Below are positions 18,296 through 26,729 of a stretch of 32,000 bases of DNA, one piece after another. Numbering within the stretch: position 1 is the first letter of the stretch; each line of letters begins with the position of its first letter. Position numbers and translations under genes: made by a program. The stretch lies in the NCBI RefSeq assembly GCF_008000775.2, contig NZ_CP042905.2, forward strand, positions 1 to 32,000, in the 5' to 3' direction. Under the pieces are notes generated by a model. That model did not search any database. It saw nothing but the letters and a program-made list of their open reading frames with translations, and was not told where the DNA came from. Source of the stretch: Promethearchaeum syntrophicum. GTDB lineage: Archaea > Asgardarchaeota > Lokiarchaeia > Sigyniarchaeales > Promethearchaeaceae.

Positions 18296-19114
18296 CTATT
18301 TTCGAACATATTGTCGTAAATTTAACTTCTTTCTGAGATCATCAGCGATTTCTATTGCTTTTTGAGAGATCTCCATAATCTCATCGACTGTCCATGTTGC
18401 ACTCCCATATTTTTGAATAGAAGTAATTTGCTTTTTCTCATCAACGGCAAACGCAATCGATCCATCCATGATTAATTCTTCCGATAAATTTGGATCCGTA
18501 AATATAGTTTCACCAATTCGACCAAAGGTAATGCTTAAGGGGATCTCATGAATTGTAATAGGGTTAATCGTCCCATCCCAAATTGCTTCATCATCTTCCC
18601 ATTTTGCACCAGGGATTTTTGCACTAAGTAAAGCTGCAATGGCGGCAATAGCGGCAGCATCTGTTAAATTACCAAAGTAATCCATCATATAACAATCGAC
18701 AAACAATATATATACTGCTTTAAAAGGTTCAATGCATAATTTTTTGTTGTCAACACAATTAGTATGTCTGATTCCTCGATCCACAACCCTCGCAAGTTGA
18801 ATGGAATCTTCTCTAGGAGGGCCAGATTCGAACATTGGGCTCGCAATAGGGACGTACTCACTCATTACAGTAACGACTCCTTGGTCCGGATTATCTGAAT
18901 AAGGTTTTCCAATATCGTATTTAATACCACACATTACACGAGTATCACCTAGGAAAACATCTGCAGAACCCTCAGCTTTAGGACTAAAATTTGTTGTGAT
19001 TTTTATTTCTCTAAATTCAAATAAACCTCTTCCATCAATTCTTTTTCCTTCTTTGAGGAGTTTTAATATATAATTCCTTTCTAATGAGGAAACAATTTGA
19101 TTTACATCAATCAT
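18296..19114 (-). CDS. rrp42: Exosome complex subunit Rrp42
   Basis: 272 aa RNase PH fold; LKEGKRIDGRGLFEFREIKI, adjacent to rrp41 with overlapping start/stop. Confidence 0.93.
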   Translation of the reverse strand: MIDVNQIVSSLERNYILKLLKEGKRIDGRGLFEFREIKITTNFSPKAEGSADVFLGDTRVMCGIKYDIGKPYSDNPDQGVVTVMSEYVPIASPMFESGPPREDSIQLARVVDRGIRHTNCVDNKKLCIEPFKAVYILFVDCYMMDYFGNLTDAAAIAAIAALLSAKIPGAKWEDDEAIWDGTINPITIHEIPLSITFGRIGETIFTDPNLSEELIMDGSIAFAVDEKKQITSIQKYGSATWTVDEIMEISQKAIEIADDLRKKLNLRQYVRK

Positions 19115-20157
19115 TTGGGTGTTCCTCCTTTTTCATTTTCTTTTTTTGGAGCATTTTCTTCAATGTTTTTTTTCTTAGAGGCTTTTTTAGTCTCTTTTTT
19201 GGTTGACTTCTTTGGTCCTTTTTTAATCTCTTTCTTTGGCTCTTTCTTTGGTTCTTTTTTTGGTTCTTTCTTTGGTTTTTGTGACTTTTCTTCTTCTTTG
19301 GGTTTCTTAGATTCTTCTTTATTATCTTCAGAAATAACTGTTTTAGAAGGAGCCAATGGTTTATCTTCGGATTTTTTTGGTGCTAATTTCTGATATTCCT
19401 TTGATTCTTTTTCAGCATTGGATTGAATCACTTTATATTTTCCTTTTAGGGCTTCTAATTGTTTTTGATAAATAACCTCTGCTCCTTTTAGAATATATTT
19501 AAATCCAAGTTCCATTTCTTCGATAGACATCTCTCCATCAAATTGCAAAAGAGAAATCGTTTTATCTTTCATAACTACAACAGCGGGAACATCTGCTTGT
19601 CCGACTTTATCTTCTTTATCCCCAAGGTCCAAAATAACTTTATCTTGTGCTTTACCAGCAGCAATTCCAACTATCATGCTTCTCATAGGAATTCCTGCAT
19701 CAGCGAGTGCCAAAGATGCCGCAGTTGTGGAAGCACATCTTGTTCCTCCGTCTGCAGCCATAATTTGAATAAAGACTTCAATTTGGGAGTCTGGATATGC
19801 TTCTAAAAATAATACTGGTTCAATAGCTTCACGAATGACTTTAGAAATTTCATTATCTCGACGATTTGGAGCTGGACTTTTTCTATCATGAACAGAAAAA
19901 GTAGACATACGATAATAAACTCTTAATATACCGCGATCTGGTTTAGCTAAGTGTCTTGGGTGTACTTCTCGGGGGCCATATACGGCAGCATAAATTATAT
20001 TGCCGCCATGGCGAACAACTGCTGAACCTTGAGCATTTTTAATTACGCCAACTTCACATGAAAATGGTCTTGGTTCATCAACATCCCTACCATCTAATCT
20101 TTTTCCATCCTTTCGGAAACAAATTGGATCATGGGGTTCTGGAACTAATACTGGCAT
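19111..20157 (-). CDS. rrp41: Exosome catalytic subunit Rrp41 with long Lys/Glu/Pro-rich C-terminal extension
   Basis: 348 aa; RKDGKRLDGRDVDEPRPF, GGTRCASTTAASLALADAGIPM; last ~90 aa low complexity. Confidence 0.95.
   Translation of the reverse strand: MPVLVPEPHDPICFRKDGKRLDGRDVDEPRPFSCEVGVIKNAQGSAVVRHGGNIIYAAVYGPREVHPRHLAKPDRGILRVYYRMSTFSVHDRKSPAPNRRDNEISKVIREAIEPVLFLEAYPDSQIEVFIQIMAADGGTRCASTTAASLALADAGIPMRSMIVGIAAGKAQDKVILDLGDKEDKVGQADVPAVVVMKDKTISLLQFDGEMSIEEMELGFKYILKGAEVIYQKQLEALKGKYKVIQSNAEKESKEYQKLAPKKSEDKPLAPSKTVISEDNKEESKKPKEEEKSQKPKKEPKKEPKKEPKKEIKKGPKKSTKKETKKASKKKNIEENAPKKENEKGGTPK
19114..19383 (-). other. Low-complexity C-terminal tail of Rrp41 (KKEP repeats)
   Basis: ...KPKKEPKKEPKKEPKKEIKKGPKKSTKKETKKASKKK... 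Confidence 0.9.
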
Positions 20158-20159
20158 TT

Positions 20160-20918
20160 TTATTCAATACCTCGTTTTTTCTTTTCTTTTATAATATAAT
20201 TTTTAATTCTATCTGTTAAACCAGAAGTATGAGCTTCTTGTTCAATTTTATGAATTGCATCAATTAGCAAACGTTCACTTTCGAAATTTTTTCCGCCTTG
20301 GATTAAAATTCGTCCATTTTGAGCAACAAATACCTTACAATGAAGAAGGTTTTTTAATAGAGTAATCATACTTCCTTTTTTCCCGATTATTCTTGGAATT
20401 TTGGGTGGTGGTACATTAATAATTATTCCATCTTTTATCTGACCGAGATCTTGACCAAGAGAAGTTAATTCAGGTTCATTTAATCGATCACCTGATAGGA
20501 CTTTACATATAAGTAAATCCCCCATTTTTAATTTCTGCATAAGATCATCATCTTTCACATGATAACTTCCCATACTTTTACCATATCCACGATTACGTGT
20601 ATTTCTTTTGAATGCATCTAATGGTTTTAGAATTCCAAGATATTTGGAATTTATATTCAAAAGATATTTTACTGGTGTTTTTGCTATTACTCGCCCAATG
20701 ATTTTATCGCCTAATTGGGGATTATATAAACCGTTTAAAGGAACGACGTTAATATATTTACCACGGATTTCCTTTAAACCAACAAATAATGAGATAATAT
20801 CATTATTTTTTTCACGAATTGCCCCTCTTCCCGGAATTAATTCGGGATCTGTTGAAATTACCATTCCTGGTGTTACAATTTCTCGAGTAGGCGTTTCTAC
20901 ACTTTCCATTTTTTTCAC
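20160..20918 (-). CDS. rrp4: Exosome subunit Rrp4 (S1 and KH domains)
   Basis: 252 aa; VTPGMVIS, GDKIIGRVI, KH motif PPPKIPRIIGKKGSMITLLKN. Confidence 0.95.
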   Translation of the reverse strand: MKKMESVETPTREIVTPGMVISTDPELIPGRGAIREKNNDIISLFVGLKEIRGKYINVVPLNGLYNPQLGDKIIGRVIAKTPVKYLLNINSKYLGILKPLDAFKRNTRNRGYGKSMGSYHVKDDDLMQKLKMGDLLICKVLSGDRLNEPELTSLGQDLGQIKDGIIINVPPPKIPRIIGKKGSMITLLKNLLHCKVFVAQNGRILIQGGKNFESERLLIDAIHKIEQEAHTSGLTDRIKNYIIKEKKKRGIE

Positions 20919-20966
20919 TTTTATTTAATTAGTATTAATGAGTATAAACTATTTTTTCAGTGGGTT

Positions 20967-21761
20967 TTAATTATTGATCAGTTTTGATTGCATTTTACCG
21001 TGGGTTAAATTATTTAGCTTTTCTAGTAATTCCATTTGTAAACCAGCGGGTAAAGAAACTAAGCCAACCCATGATCCATCAGTTTGCCACTCAGACTTCT
21101 TGACTTGAGCATATTTATCGACGGTATTGTATGCTTTCGGAGCATAAAGTGCCGGAATCTTAATTGCCATTGTTATCGTTTCCATTCGGATAGGAATTAC
21201 CACTTGTATCATTTTTAACACAGAATCAATTTGTTCTTCAGCTGTTTTATCTATATTTATCGATATTTTTGCTTCTTCCATTGCTTTCTCAATTCGTTTA
21301 GGAGGATGAGGTTTTTTTGTTTGTGGATTAATACAATTTCTTGATAAAATCGTAATAATTTGTTTCTTCTTCTTCTCTATCCATTTTTGGCGTTGTTCTT
21401 GAGTCCAAGAAAATTCTCCTTCAAGGAGAAAATGAGCTGCGACTTGATTACCTTCAGTAGTTTGAAAGGCACCCATTAAATCCTCTTCATTAGAACGAAT
21501 AGCTTTTTTTACGTTATTAAAAATATCATAAGTTGGATAAATATCACTTAAATTGATTTCAGAATTATGTAAAATTTCATCTAATTCTAACTCACTTTCA
21601 TCTTTTTTCTGCTTTCTGAGTACATTAATAATCTGCTTTGCCTTCCATGCTTCTTCAGGATCAGCGATCATTTCAAAATACAGATTTTTCTTTCGCACTT
21701 TGACAATGATATATTTACCAAGATCAAAATTGCCTTTTGGTCCACCCCTTGATTGAGACAT
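20967..21761 (-). CDS. sdo1: Ribosome maturation protein SBDS/SDO1
   Basis: 264 aa; ILSRNCINPQTKKPHPPKRIEKAMEEAK, superoperon position. Confidence 0.94.
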   Translation of the reverse strand: MSQSRGGPKGNFDLGKYIIVKVRKKNLYFEMIADPEEAWKAKQIINVLRKQKKDESELELDEILHNSEINLSDIYPTYDIFNNVKKAIRSNEEDLMGAFQTTEGNQVAAHFLLEGEFSWTQEQRQKWIEKKKKQIITILSRNCINPQTKKPHPPKRIEKAMEEAKISINIDKTAEEQIDSVLKMIQVVIPIRMETITMAIKIPALYAPKAYNTVDKYAQVKKSEWQTDGSWVGLVSLPAGLQMELLEKLNNLTHGKMQSKLINN

Positions 21762-21955
21762 TTTTTTCCACCTTTTTTAAAGTAAAGAAAATCGTTGCAT
21801 TTTAAGGTTACAGCATTAATTACTTACAAAAATTTTGATTAACCGCCATGAAGGAAGTTAATTGCTTCGAAATCCTTTAATTTTCGAATGAAATCTTTGA
21901 TATTCAAAAGAACTAATACAAAAAGGTAAAAAAAGTTTATTCAAATTAATTCAAA

Positions 21956-22681
21956 TTATTTTTCATTTAATTTGTCAAGTAATTTTTTATTGTCTTCTAA
22001 GGAGAAGAATGTCCACTTCTTTTCCTTTTTCTCAATGATTGCAATTTCAAACATATCTTCTTTGATCTCGCCTTCAATTACTTCTTTTAATGACCGAATT
22101 GTTAACAATTTTAACTCTTCAAAAGAAAGGGATGGTTTATACTCTTTTGAAAGGAATTCTCTAACAGCAGGACTCCCAGAACCAATTGCGCAAGCATGAT
22201 ATCCCCAAAAAGCTCCCGATGGATCTGTTAGAAAAAGCTTTGTTCCATCATCTGGATCAATCCCACCAATTAAAAATGAAACTCCAAAAGGCCTGACTCC
22301 TGCATTTTGAGTATAAAGCTGCATCTGATCGCAGAGATCTCGAGTTGTTTCTAAAACTGTAACTTTTTCATTATAACTTAATATATTTACTTGAGCATGA
22401 ACACGGGCTTGTTCAACAAGAGTACGCGCATCTGCAGTTAACCCAGCTATTGCCACTCCAACATGATCATCAATTTTAAAGAGTTTTTCAGATCCTATAT
22501 TTTCTTGTAAAGCTAATTGCCGTTTCTCAACACAAAAGACTACTGCATCATCATTTTTAACTGCAATTGCAGTAGTTCCTCGTCTTACTGCTTCTATTGC
22601 GTATTCTACCTGAAATAATCGTCCATCTGGACTGAAAATAGTGATAGCTCTGTCATAACCCATACCAGCTTGTGAAAACAT
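21956..22681 (-). CDS. psmA: Proteasome alpha subunit
   Basis: 241 aa; GYDRAITIFSPDGRLFQVEYAIEAVRRGTTAIAVK. Confidence 0.97.
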   Translation of the reverse strand: MFSQAGMGYDRAITIFSPDGRLFQVEYAIEAVRRGTTAIAVKNDDAVVFCVEKRQLALQENIGSEKLFKIDDHVGVAIAGLTADARTLVEQARVHAQVNILSYNEKVTVLETTRDLCDQMQLYTQNAGVRPFGVSFLIGGIDPDDGTKLFLTDPSGAFWGYHACAIGSGSPAVREFLSKEYKPSLSFEELKLLTIRSLKEVIEGEIKEDMFEIAIIEKKEKKWTFFSLEDNKKLLDKLNEK

Positions 22682-22756
22682 TTTTTTTTTACTCCGATAA
22701 TTCTCTTACTAATAAAAAATATTAAACAATACTTATTATTTTTATTCTTATAATTC

Positions 22757-23548
22757 ATGATGACTCAAACCATTTTCTTTTCTCCTACAAATTCAACCCT
22801 TAAAATTACAACTACAATTGCTGATGCGTTCAAATTTGAAAAATTGCCAGACTTTAATTTAACATTTCCATCAAAACGTAAAATTGAAAATATTGGTGCT
22901 AAAGCTGATATACTAATTTTTGGTGCACCAGTTTATGCAGGGAAAATTCCCTCCATGATTATTCCAGCCATAAAAAATATGATTGGAAGAAATCGATGGA
23001 TAATACCAATTGCAATATACGGAAATGTAAGAGTAGGGAATGCGTTATCCGAAATGATTTATCTTTTTCGTGAACAAGGATTTAGAATTTTAGCAGCAGG
23101 ATCATTCATTGGAGAACATTCTTTTACTGATAATGATTTAAAATTGGCTGTTAATCGCCCAGATTATGATGATCTAAAAATAGCAAGAGAATTTGGGGTT
23201 AAAATTCGAGAAAAACTTGAATCCGACCCTAAAGAAATTGACATGTTAGGGCAAAAACCAGATATTTCAGAGGCAAATTTTGAATATAAAGCAAGGAATT
23301 TGATAAAAATAATTAGGGTTCATGGAGAAAAATGCAATCGTTGCATGGGTTGTTGGTCAATATGTCCTACAGAAGCGATTGATATGGATACACTCGAAAT
23401 TCATGAAGAAAAATGTTTTAGGTGCTGTGCGTGTGTTAAATGCTGTAATTTTAATGTAAGGGAAATAGATTTCACAATGGCTCCTGAAATGAAAGAAAAA
23501 TTTATGGAATTTTCAAAAATAAGAAAGGAACCAGAATTTTTTTTATGA
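22757..23548 (+). CDS. EFR1-like flavodoxin domain plus 2x[4Fe-4S] ferredoxin protein
   Basis: 263 aa; flavodoxin-like N-terminus (IFFSPTNSTLK, FGAPVYAGKIPS) and CNRCMGCWSICPTEAI plus CFRCCACVKCCNFNV. Confidence 0.88.
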   Translation: MMTQTIFFSPTNSTLKITTTIADAFKFEKLPDFNLTFPSKRKIENIGAKADILIFGAPVYAGKIPSMIIPAIKNMIGRNRWIIPIAIYGNVRVGNALSEMIYLFREQGFRILAAGSFIGEHSFTDNDLKLAVNRPDYDDLKIAREFGVKIREKLESDPKEIDMLGQKPDISEANFEYKARNLIKIIRVHGEKCNRCMGCWSICPTEAIDMDTLEIHEEKCFRCCACVKCCNFNVREIDFTMAPEMKEKFMEFSKIRKEPEFFL

Positions 23549-23564
23549 ATTGAAACAATTTAAA

Positions 23565-24062
23565 TTAAATTTTTAATAATTTTTTCCAATCAATTGATTT
23601 CGTGGTCGCGTGCAAGCGATGATCATCATCAACTAAATGATACTTATGTTTTATGAAATATTTTTCTGCAAATTTTCTCACCGGTTCTAAGGGAACAACC
23701 TCATCGTTTTTTCCATGGAATATTATTACTGAATTATCATTCTTTTTTAATTTAAAATTTTCGGGAATCAGAGGAGAAACTAAAGCAGGAGCCATTAAAA
23801 TGGCTTTTTCCACTTTTTCGGGATGTTCCATCATATAAAGAGCACCCATTAATCCTCCAAAGCTGGATCCAATAAAAACCCACTTCTCTTCTGCCATTAA
23901 AACGTTTCTTAATTGTTCCATTCTTTCAAGAAGTTCTCCAGTGAAATCTGGGGTGATAATTTCGGGAAATATTGATCTTAAATAGTTTCCTTTGAATCCA
24001 TGTCCAGAACTTTCATATCCATGAATAAATATTATTTTTGGAGCTTGGGTTGTGTCTACCAT
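23565..24062 (-). CDS. Alpha/beta-hydrolase fold protein (YqiA/RBBP9-like)
   Basis: 165 aa; IFIHGYESSGHG, nucleophile elbow FIGSSFGG, FHGKNDEVVP, terminal DDDHRL. Confidence 0.8.
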   Translation of the reverse strand: MVDTTQAPKIIFIHGYESSGHGFKGNYLRSIFPEIITPDFTGELLERMEQLRNVLMAEEKWVFIGSSFGGLMGALYMMEHPEKVEKAILMAPALVSPLIPENFKLKKNDNSVIIFHGKNDEVVPLEPVRKFAEKYFIKHKYHLVDDDHRLHATTKSIDWKKLLKI

Positions 24063-24116
24063 GATTTTTCAAAAGTCGAAAATCATTAAAACGTTTGTTA
24101 TTTTACTTTGATTTAT

Positions 24117-24971
24117 ATGCTTTTTAGAAATTTAACCATAAATGATTTGGATTTTGCATTAAACCTTACAAAAATTGAAAATTGGGGAACTACTCGCGAG
24201 GAATTAGAAGATCTTATTTTAAACTCTTCAAAATGTGCGTTGTTAGCCACTATTAAAGATAAACCTGTGGGGATGATTTTTACAGTGTCGTATAATAATT
24301 TTGGTTTTATCGGAAATCTTATTGTTAAAAAAGAATTCCGAAACCAAGGAATTGGGAAACAACTTATGCAGAAAGCTATATCACATTTGGAAGACATGGG
24401 GAATTCTTTAATTATGTTAGATGGTGTGGAAGCAGCTGTTGGGCTTTATCAAAGTTTAGGCTTTAAAAGAAGTTGTAAATCCTTACGAATGAAAGGGAAA
24501 ATCATGTTCAAACCAAGCTCTCGTGTATTTCAGATGAAAAATGAAGATTTTCAGGATGTTTTGAATCTTGATCGCAGAATTTTTCAAGCAGATCGCGAGT
24601 TTTTACTCAGACAGCTCTTCACTCGATATACACCACACTGTAAAATCATCAAGAAAGATGAAAAGATAACAGGATTCATTATGGCCATTCCTAAAGAAAA
24701 ATTTTTGAAAATTGGGCCATGGATAGTGGATAGCGAGTGCGAATTTGAACCGGACTTATTAGTGCATAGCTTAAAAATTAATGAAAAATCATTCAATATT
24801 CAATTGGGCATGTTAGAATCTAATAAATTTGCTGTTAAAATTGCAGAAAAATGTAAACTTCAATCTTATTCGTATTCAAATCGAATGATATATAATTCTA
24901 AGGACATAGGGGATATAAGAAATCAATTTAAAAAAGGTATGTTAGCGATAGGTGGACCTGATCGTGGTTAA
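24117..24971 (+). CDS. Two-domain GNAT-type acetyltransferase
   Basis: Track opens at TTG 24108; ATG at 24117 preferred. NLIVKKEFRNQGIGKQLMQKAI and ALYQSLGFKRS in the first domain, weaker second GNAT-like half. Confidence 0.8.
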   Translation: MLFRNLTINDLDFALNLTKIENWGTTREELEDLILNSSKCALLATIKDKPVGMIFTVSYNNFGFIGNLIVKKEFRNQGIGKQLMQKAISHLEDMGNSLIMLDGVEAAVGLYQSLGFKRSCKSLRMKGKIMFKPSSRVFQMKNEDFQDVLNLDRRIFQADREFLLRQLFTRYTPHCKIIKKDEKITGFIMAIPKEKFLKIGPWIVDSECEFEPDLLVHSLKINEKSFNIQLGMLESNKFAVKIAEKCKLQSYSYSNRMIYNSKDIGDIRNQFKKGMLAIGGPDRG

Positions 24972-25016
24972 AAAATAAATAGAAGAAAAAGAAAAAATGC
25001 TATAAAATTTCTTAAA

Positions 25017-25397
25017 CTATATTTTATCCCAAGACCAACGATTTAATTGAATTGAAGCTATAGCAGGAGCAGGTTTTGAACCAGCTTCCATGTGAACCAC
25101 AATATAGTTCTTTGATTTTGTAATACATCCCACTAAGGCATCCTTATCTTTAATATTTCGTGCAGCAAACTGAAGATCTTCCCAGCTGAGTATAGGATAT
25201 CGCTTAGTCGTCCATTCTACAGCGGGTTTACGATTTAGCCAAGCATCCATTAAAATTTTCCCTTCATTATCCGAAATAAAATTGGGATCTAAGCGAAATA
25301 AAACTTCTCCATCTCGGTTAAGAACAGCCATATTTCCAAACCCGGGATTTTCTTCTTGAAAAGTAACGTATTCTGATTTGATTCTTTCTTCATCCAT
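25017..25397 (-). CDS. Conserved hypothetical protein, possibly roadblock/profilin-like fold
   Basis: 126 aa; PGFGNMAVLNRDGEVLF and ALVGCITKSKNYIVVHM strand pairs; fold call is tentative. Confidence 0.4.
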   Translation of the reverse strand: MDEERIKSEYVTFQEENPGFGNMAVLNRDGEVLFRLDPNFISDNEGKILMDAWLNRKPAVEWTTKRYPILSWEDLQFAARNIKDKDALVGCITKSKNYIVVHMEAGSKPAPAIASIQLNRWSWDKI

Positions 25398-25582
25398 ATC
25401 AAATTTACCTCCCTAATCTTTAAAATAAAAAAATTTTTTAGATATAGTAAATTCAATATCACATAACCTAAGTTTGTATTTTTTGGGAAATTTTCCCTTA
25501 ATATTCCAAATCCTGTTCAAGGCCATCGGTAATTGAACACCCAAACTAAGCAATTGAATCAATTTCGTGAGTTAAGACCGTA

Positions 25583-26416
25583 ATGAAACCATTTAATAAA
25601 AAATTAAACTATACAACCAATTTCCACTATTATAGATGGAACGCTGAAAACCCAGAAAAATCTCGGGAAAAATTCATATCCACTTTAAAAAAAGTTTTAG
25701 AAGAACGTATTCCTGAAGATTTACACCTTAAAATCCAAAGTCTCCATTACAAAGTGGATGACCGAATTTTTGTCCAGCTTATAGGAAATACTAAAGATGA
25801 TTTAATTTTCGTTTCTAACATCCTAAATGAGATTACAGGAAAAACTTATGATACGCAGAATGTTCCAAAAAATAAACCATTACATGGCATTTTAACCTCT
25901 ATTGGAAAAATCGGATTTGGTGTTTTTGTAGATGTAGGTATTGAAAATCCCGTTAAAGAAGTTCTTATACCATTACATAGATTAAGATTGCAACTTGTTA
26001 ATGATAAAAAACTTTCCTTAAAAGAAATTATCGAATTTTACGGATTTATGGACTTTCTACCCGTTGAAATTGAAGTCGTGAAAATTGAAAATGAAAAAGG
26101 CGGTAAAATGCGGTTTGAAGGTAAATTTAGTGATGAATTTTTGGAACAACTTGAAGAATGGATTAATTCTGGATTGGATTTTATATTTACAACCGGAATT
26201 TCACGCCAAATGATTAAGCGAACTATCGCAAAACGTGGTCATTCTATGGATATTGTTCAAATTGACAGATTAGGCCCATTAGAAACAGTTGTTATTTGTA
26301 AAGAAGGAACAAATGCTCCAGGAATAATCTCACATATTGGTCCATTTCTCCCAGATTGCAAATTTTCTACAATGCGAACTAAAAAACTCCAAAAATTTTG
26401 GAACCATAAACAATAA
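25583..26416 (+). CDS. DUF2110 family protein with an internal S1-like segment
   Basis: 277 aa; LHGILTSIGKIGFGVFVDVGI followed by VSP-like C-terminus RLGPLETVVICKEGTNAPGIISHIGPFLPDC. Confidence 0.7.
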   Translation: MKPFNKKLNYTTNFHYYRWNAENPEKSREKFISTLKKVLEERIPEDLHLKIQSLHYKVDDRIFVQLIGNTKDDLIFVSNILNEITGKTYDTQNVPKNKPLHGILTSIGKIGFGVFVDVGIENPVKEVLIPLHRLRLQLVNDKKLSLKEIIEFYGFMDFLPVEIEVVKIENEKGGKMRFEGKFSDEFLEQLEEWINSGLDFIFTTGISRQMIKRTIAKRGHSMDIVQIDRLGPLETVVICKEGTNAPGIISHIGPFLPDCKFSTMRTKKLQKFWNHKQ

Positions 26417-26491
26417 AATTCAAAATTCTTTTTTTAATATAGTTATGACCCATAAATTTTCATAGTTTCGTAATTTATATAGCACTATTGT

Positions 26492-26592
26492 GGGCTGATG
26501 GTTTAGTGGTCATTACCATAAGTTTTGGAACCATAAATAACGCCGCGCTTACACCGCGGATGTCCCCGGTTCAATCCCGGGTCGGCCCACCA
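26492..26592 (+). tRNA. tRNA-Val(UAC), CCA encoded, with a putative ~24-nt insertion/intron in the D-loop
   Basis: Acceptor GGGCTGA/TCGGCCC, anticodon arm CCGCG-CTTACAC-CGCGG, T arm CCCGG-TTCAATC-CCGGG, A73 then CCA. Expanded D-loop between TGGTCA and TAACG. Confidence 0.9.
26513..26536 (+). other. Candidate non-canonical archaeal tRNA intron in the D-loop of tRNA-Val
   Basis: Exon GTGGT can pair with ACCAT (4 Watson-Crick plus G-U), with bulges CA|T and AA|A; removal gives 74 nt without CCA. Boundaries uncertain by 1-2 nt. Confidence 0.6.
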
Positions 26593-26729
26593 TAAATCTT
26601 AAAAAAAAAGTACCAATTTTTATATTTGACTCTTTTTATAAATCTTAGAGAAATTTAAAATTATTTTGTAGATTGAATCTAATTTTTTTTATTTAATGCT
26701 GGGTTTACTTCCCTAACTACTATATAAGA

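Noticed and set aside
19097-19393. 98 aa Phe/Ser/Leu-rich ORF resembling a membrane protein
   Set aside because: It is the complement of the Lys/Glu-rich Rrp41 tail; the repeats FFGSFFGSFFG are an antisense artefact.
23600-23640. Relatively GC-rich patch with GATGATCATCATC that looked like a palindrome or C/D-box-like RNA
   Set aside because: It encodes the C-terminal DDDHRLHATTK of the alpha/beta hydrolase, so codon content explains it.
24113-24397. 94 aa minus-strand ORF
   Set aside because: Antisense to the GNAT acetyltransferase.
25488-25500. GGGAAATTTTCCC inverted repeat in the divergent intergenic region
   Set aside because: Single short near-palindrome in AT-rich DNA with no second copy; insufficient for an operator claim.
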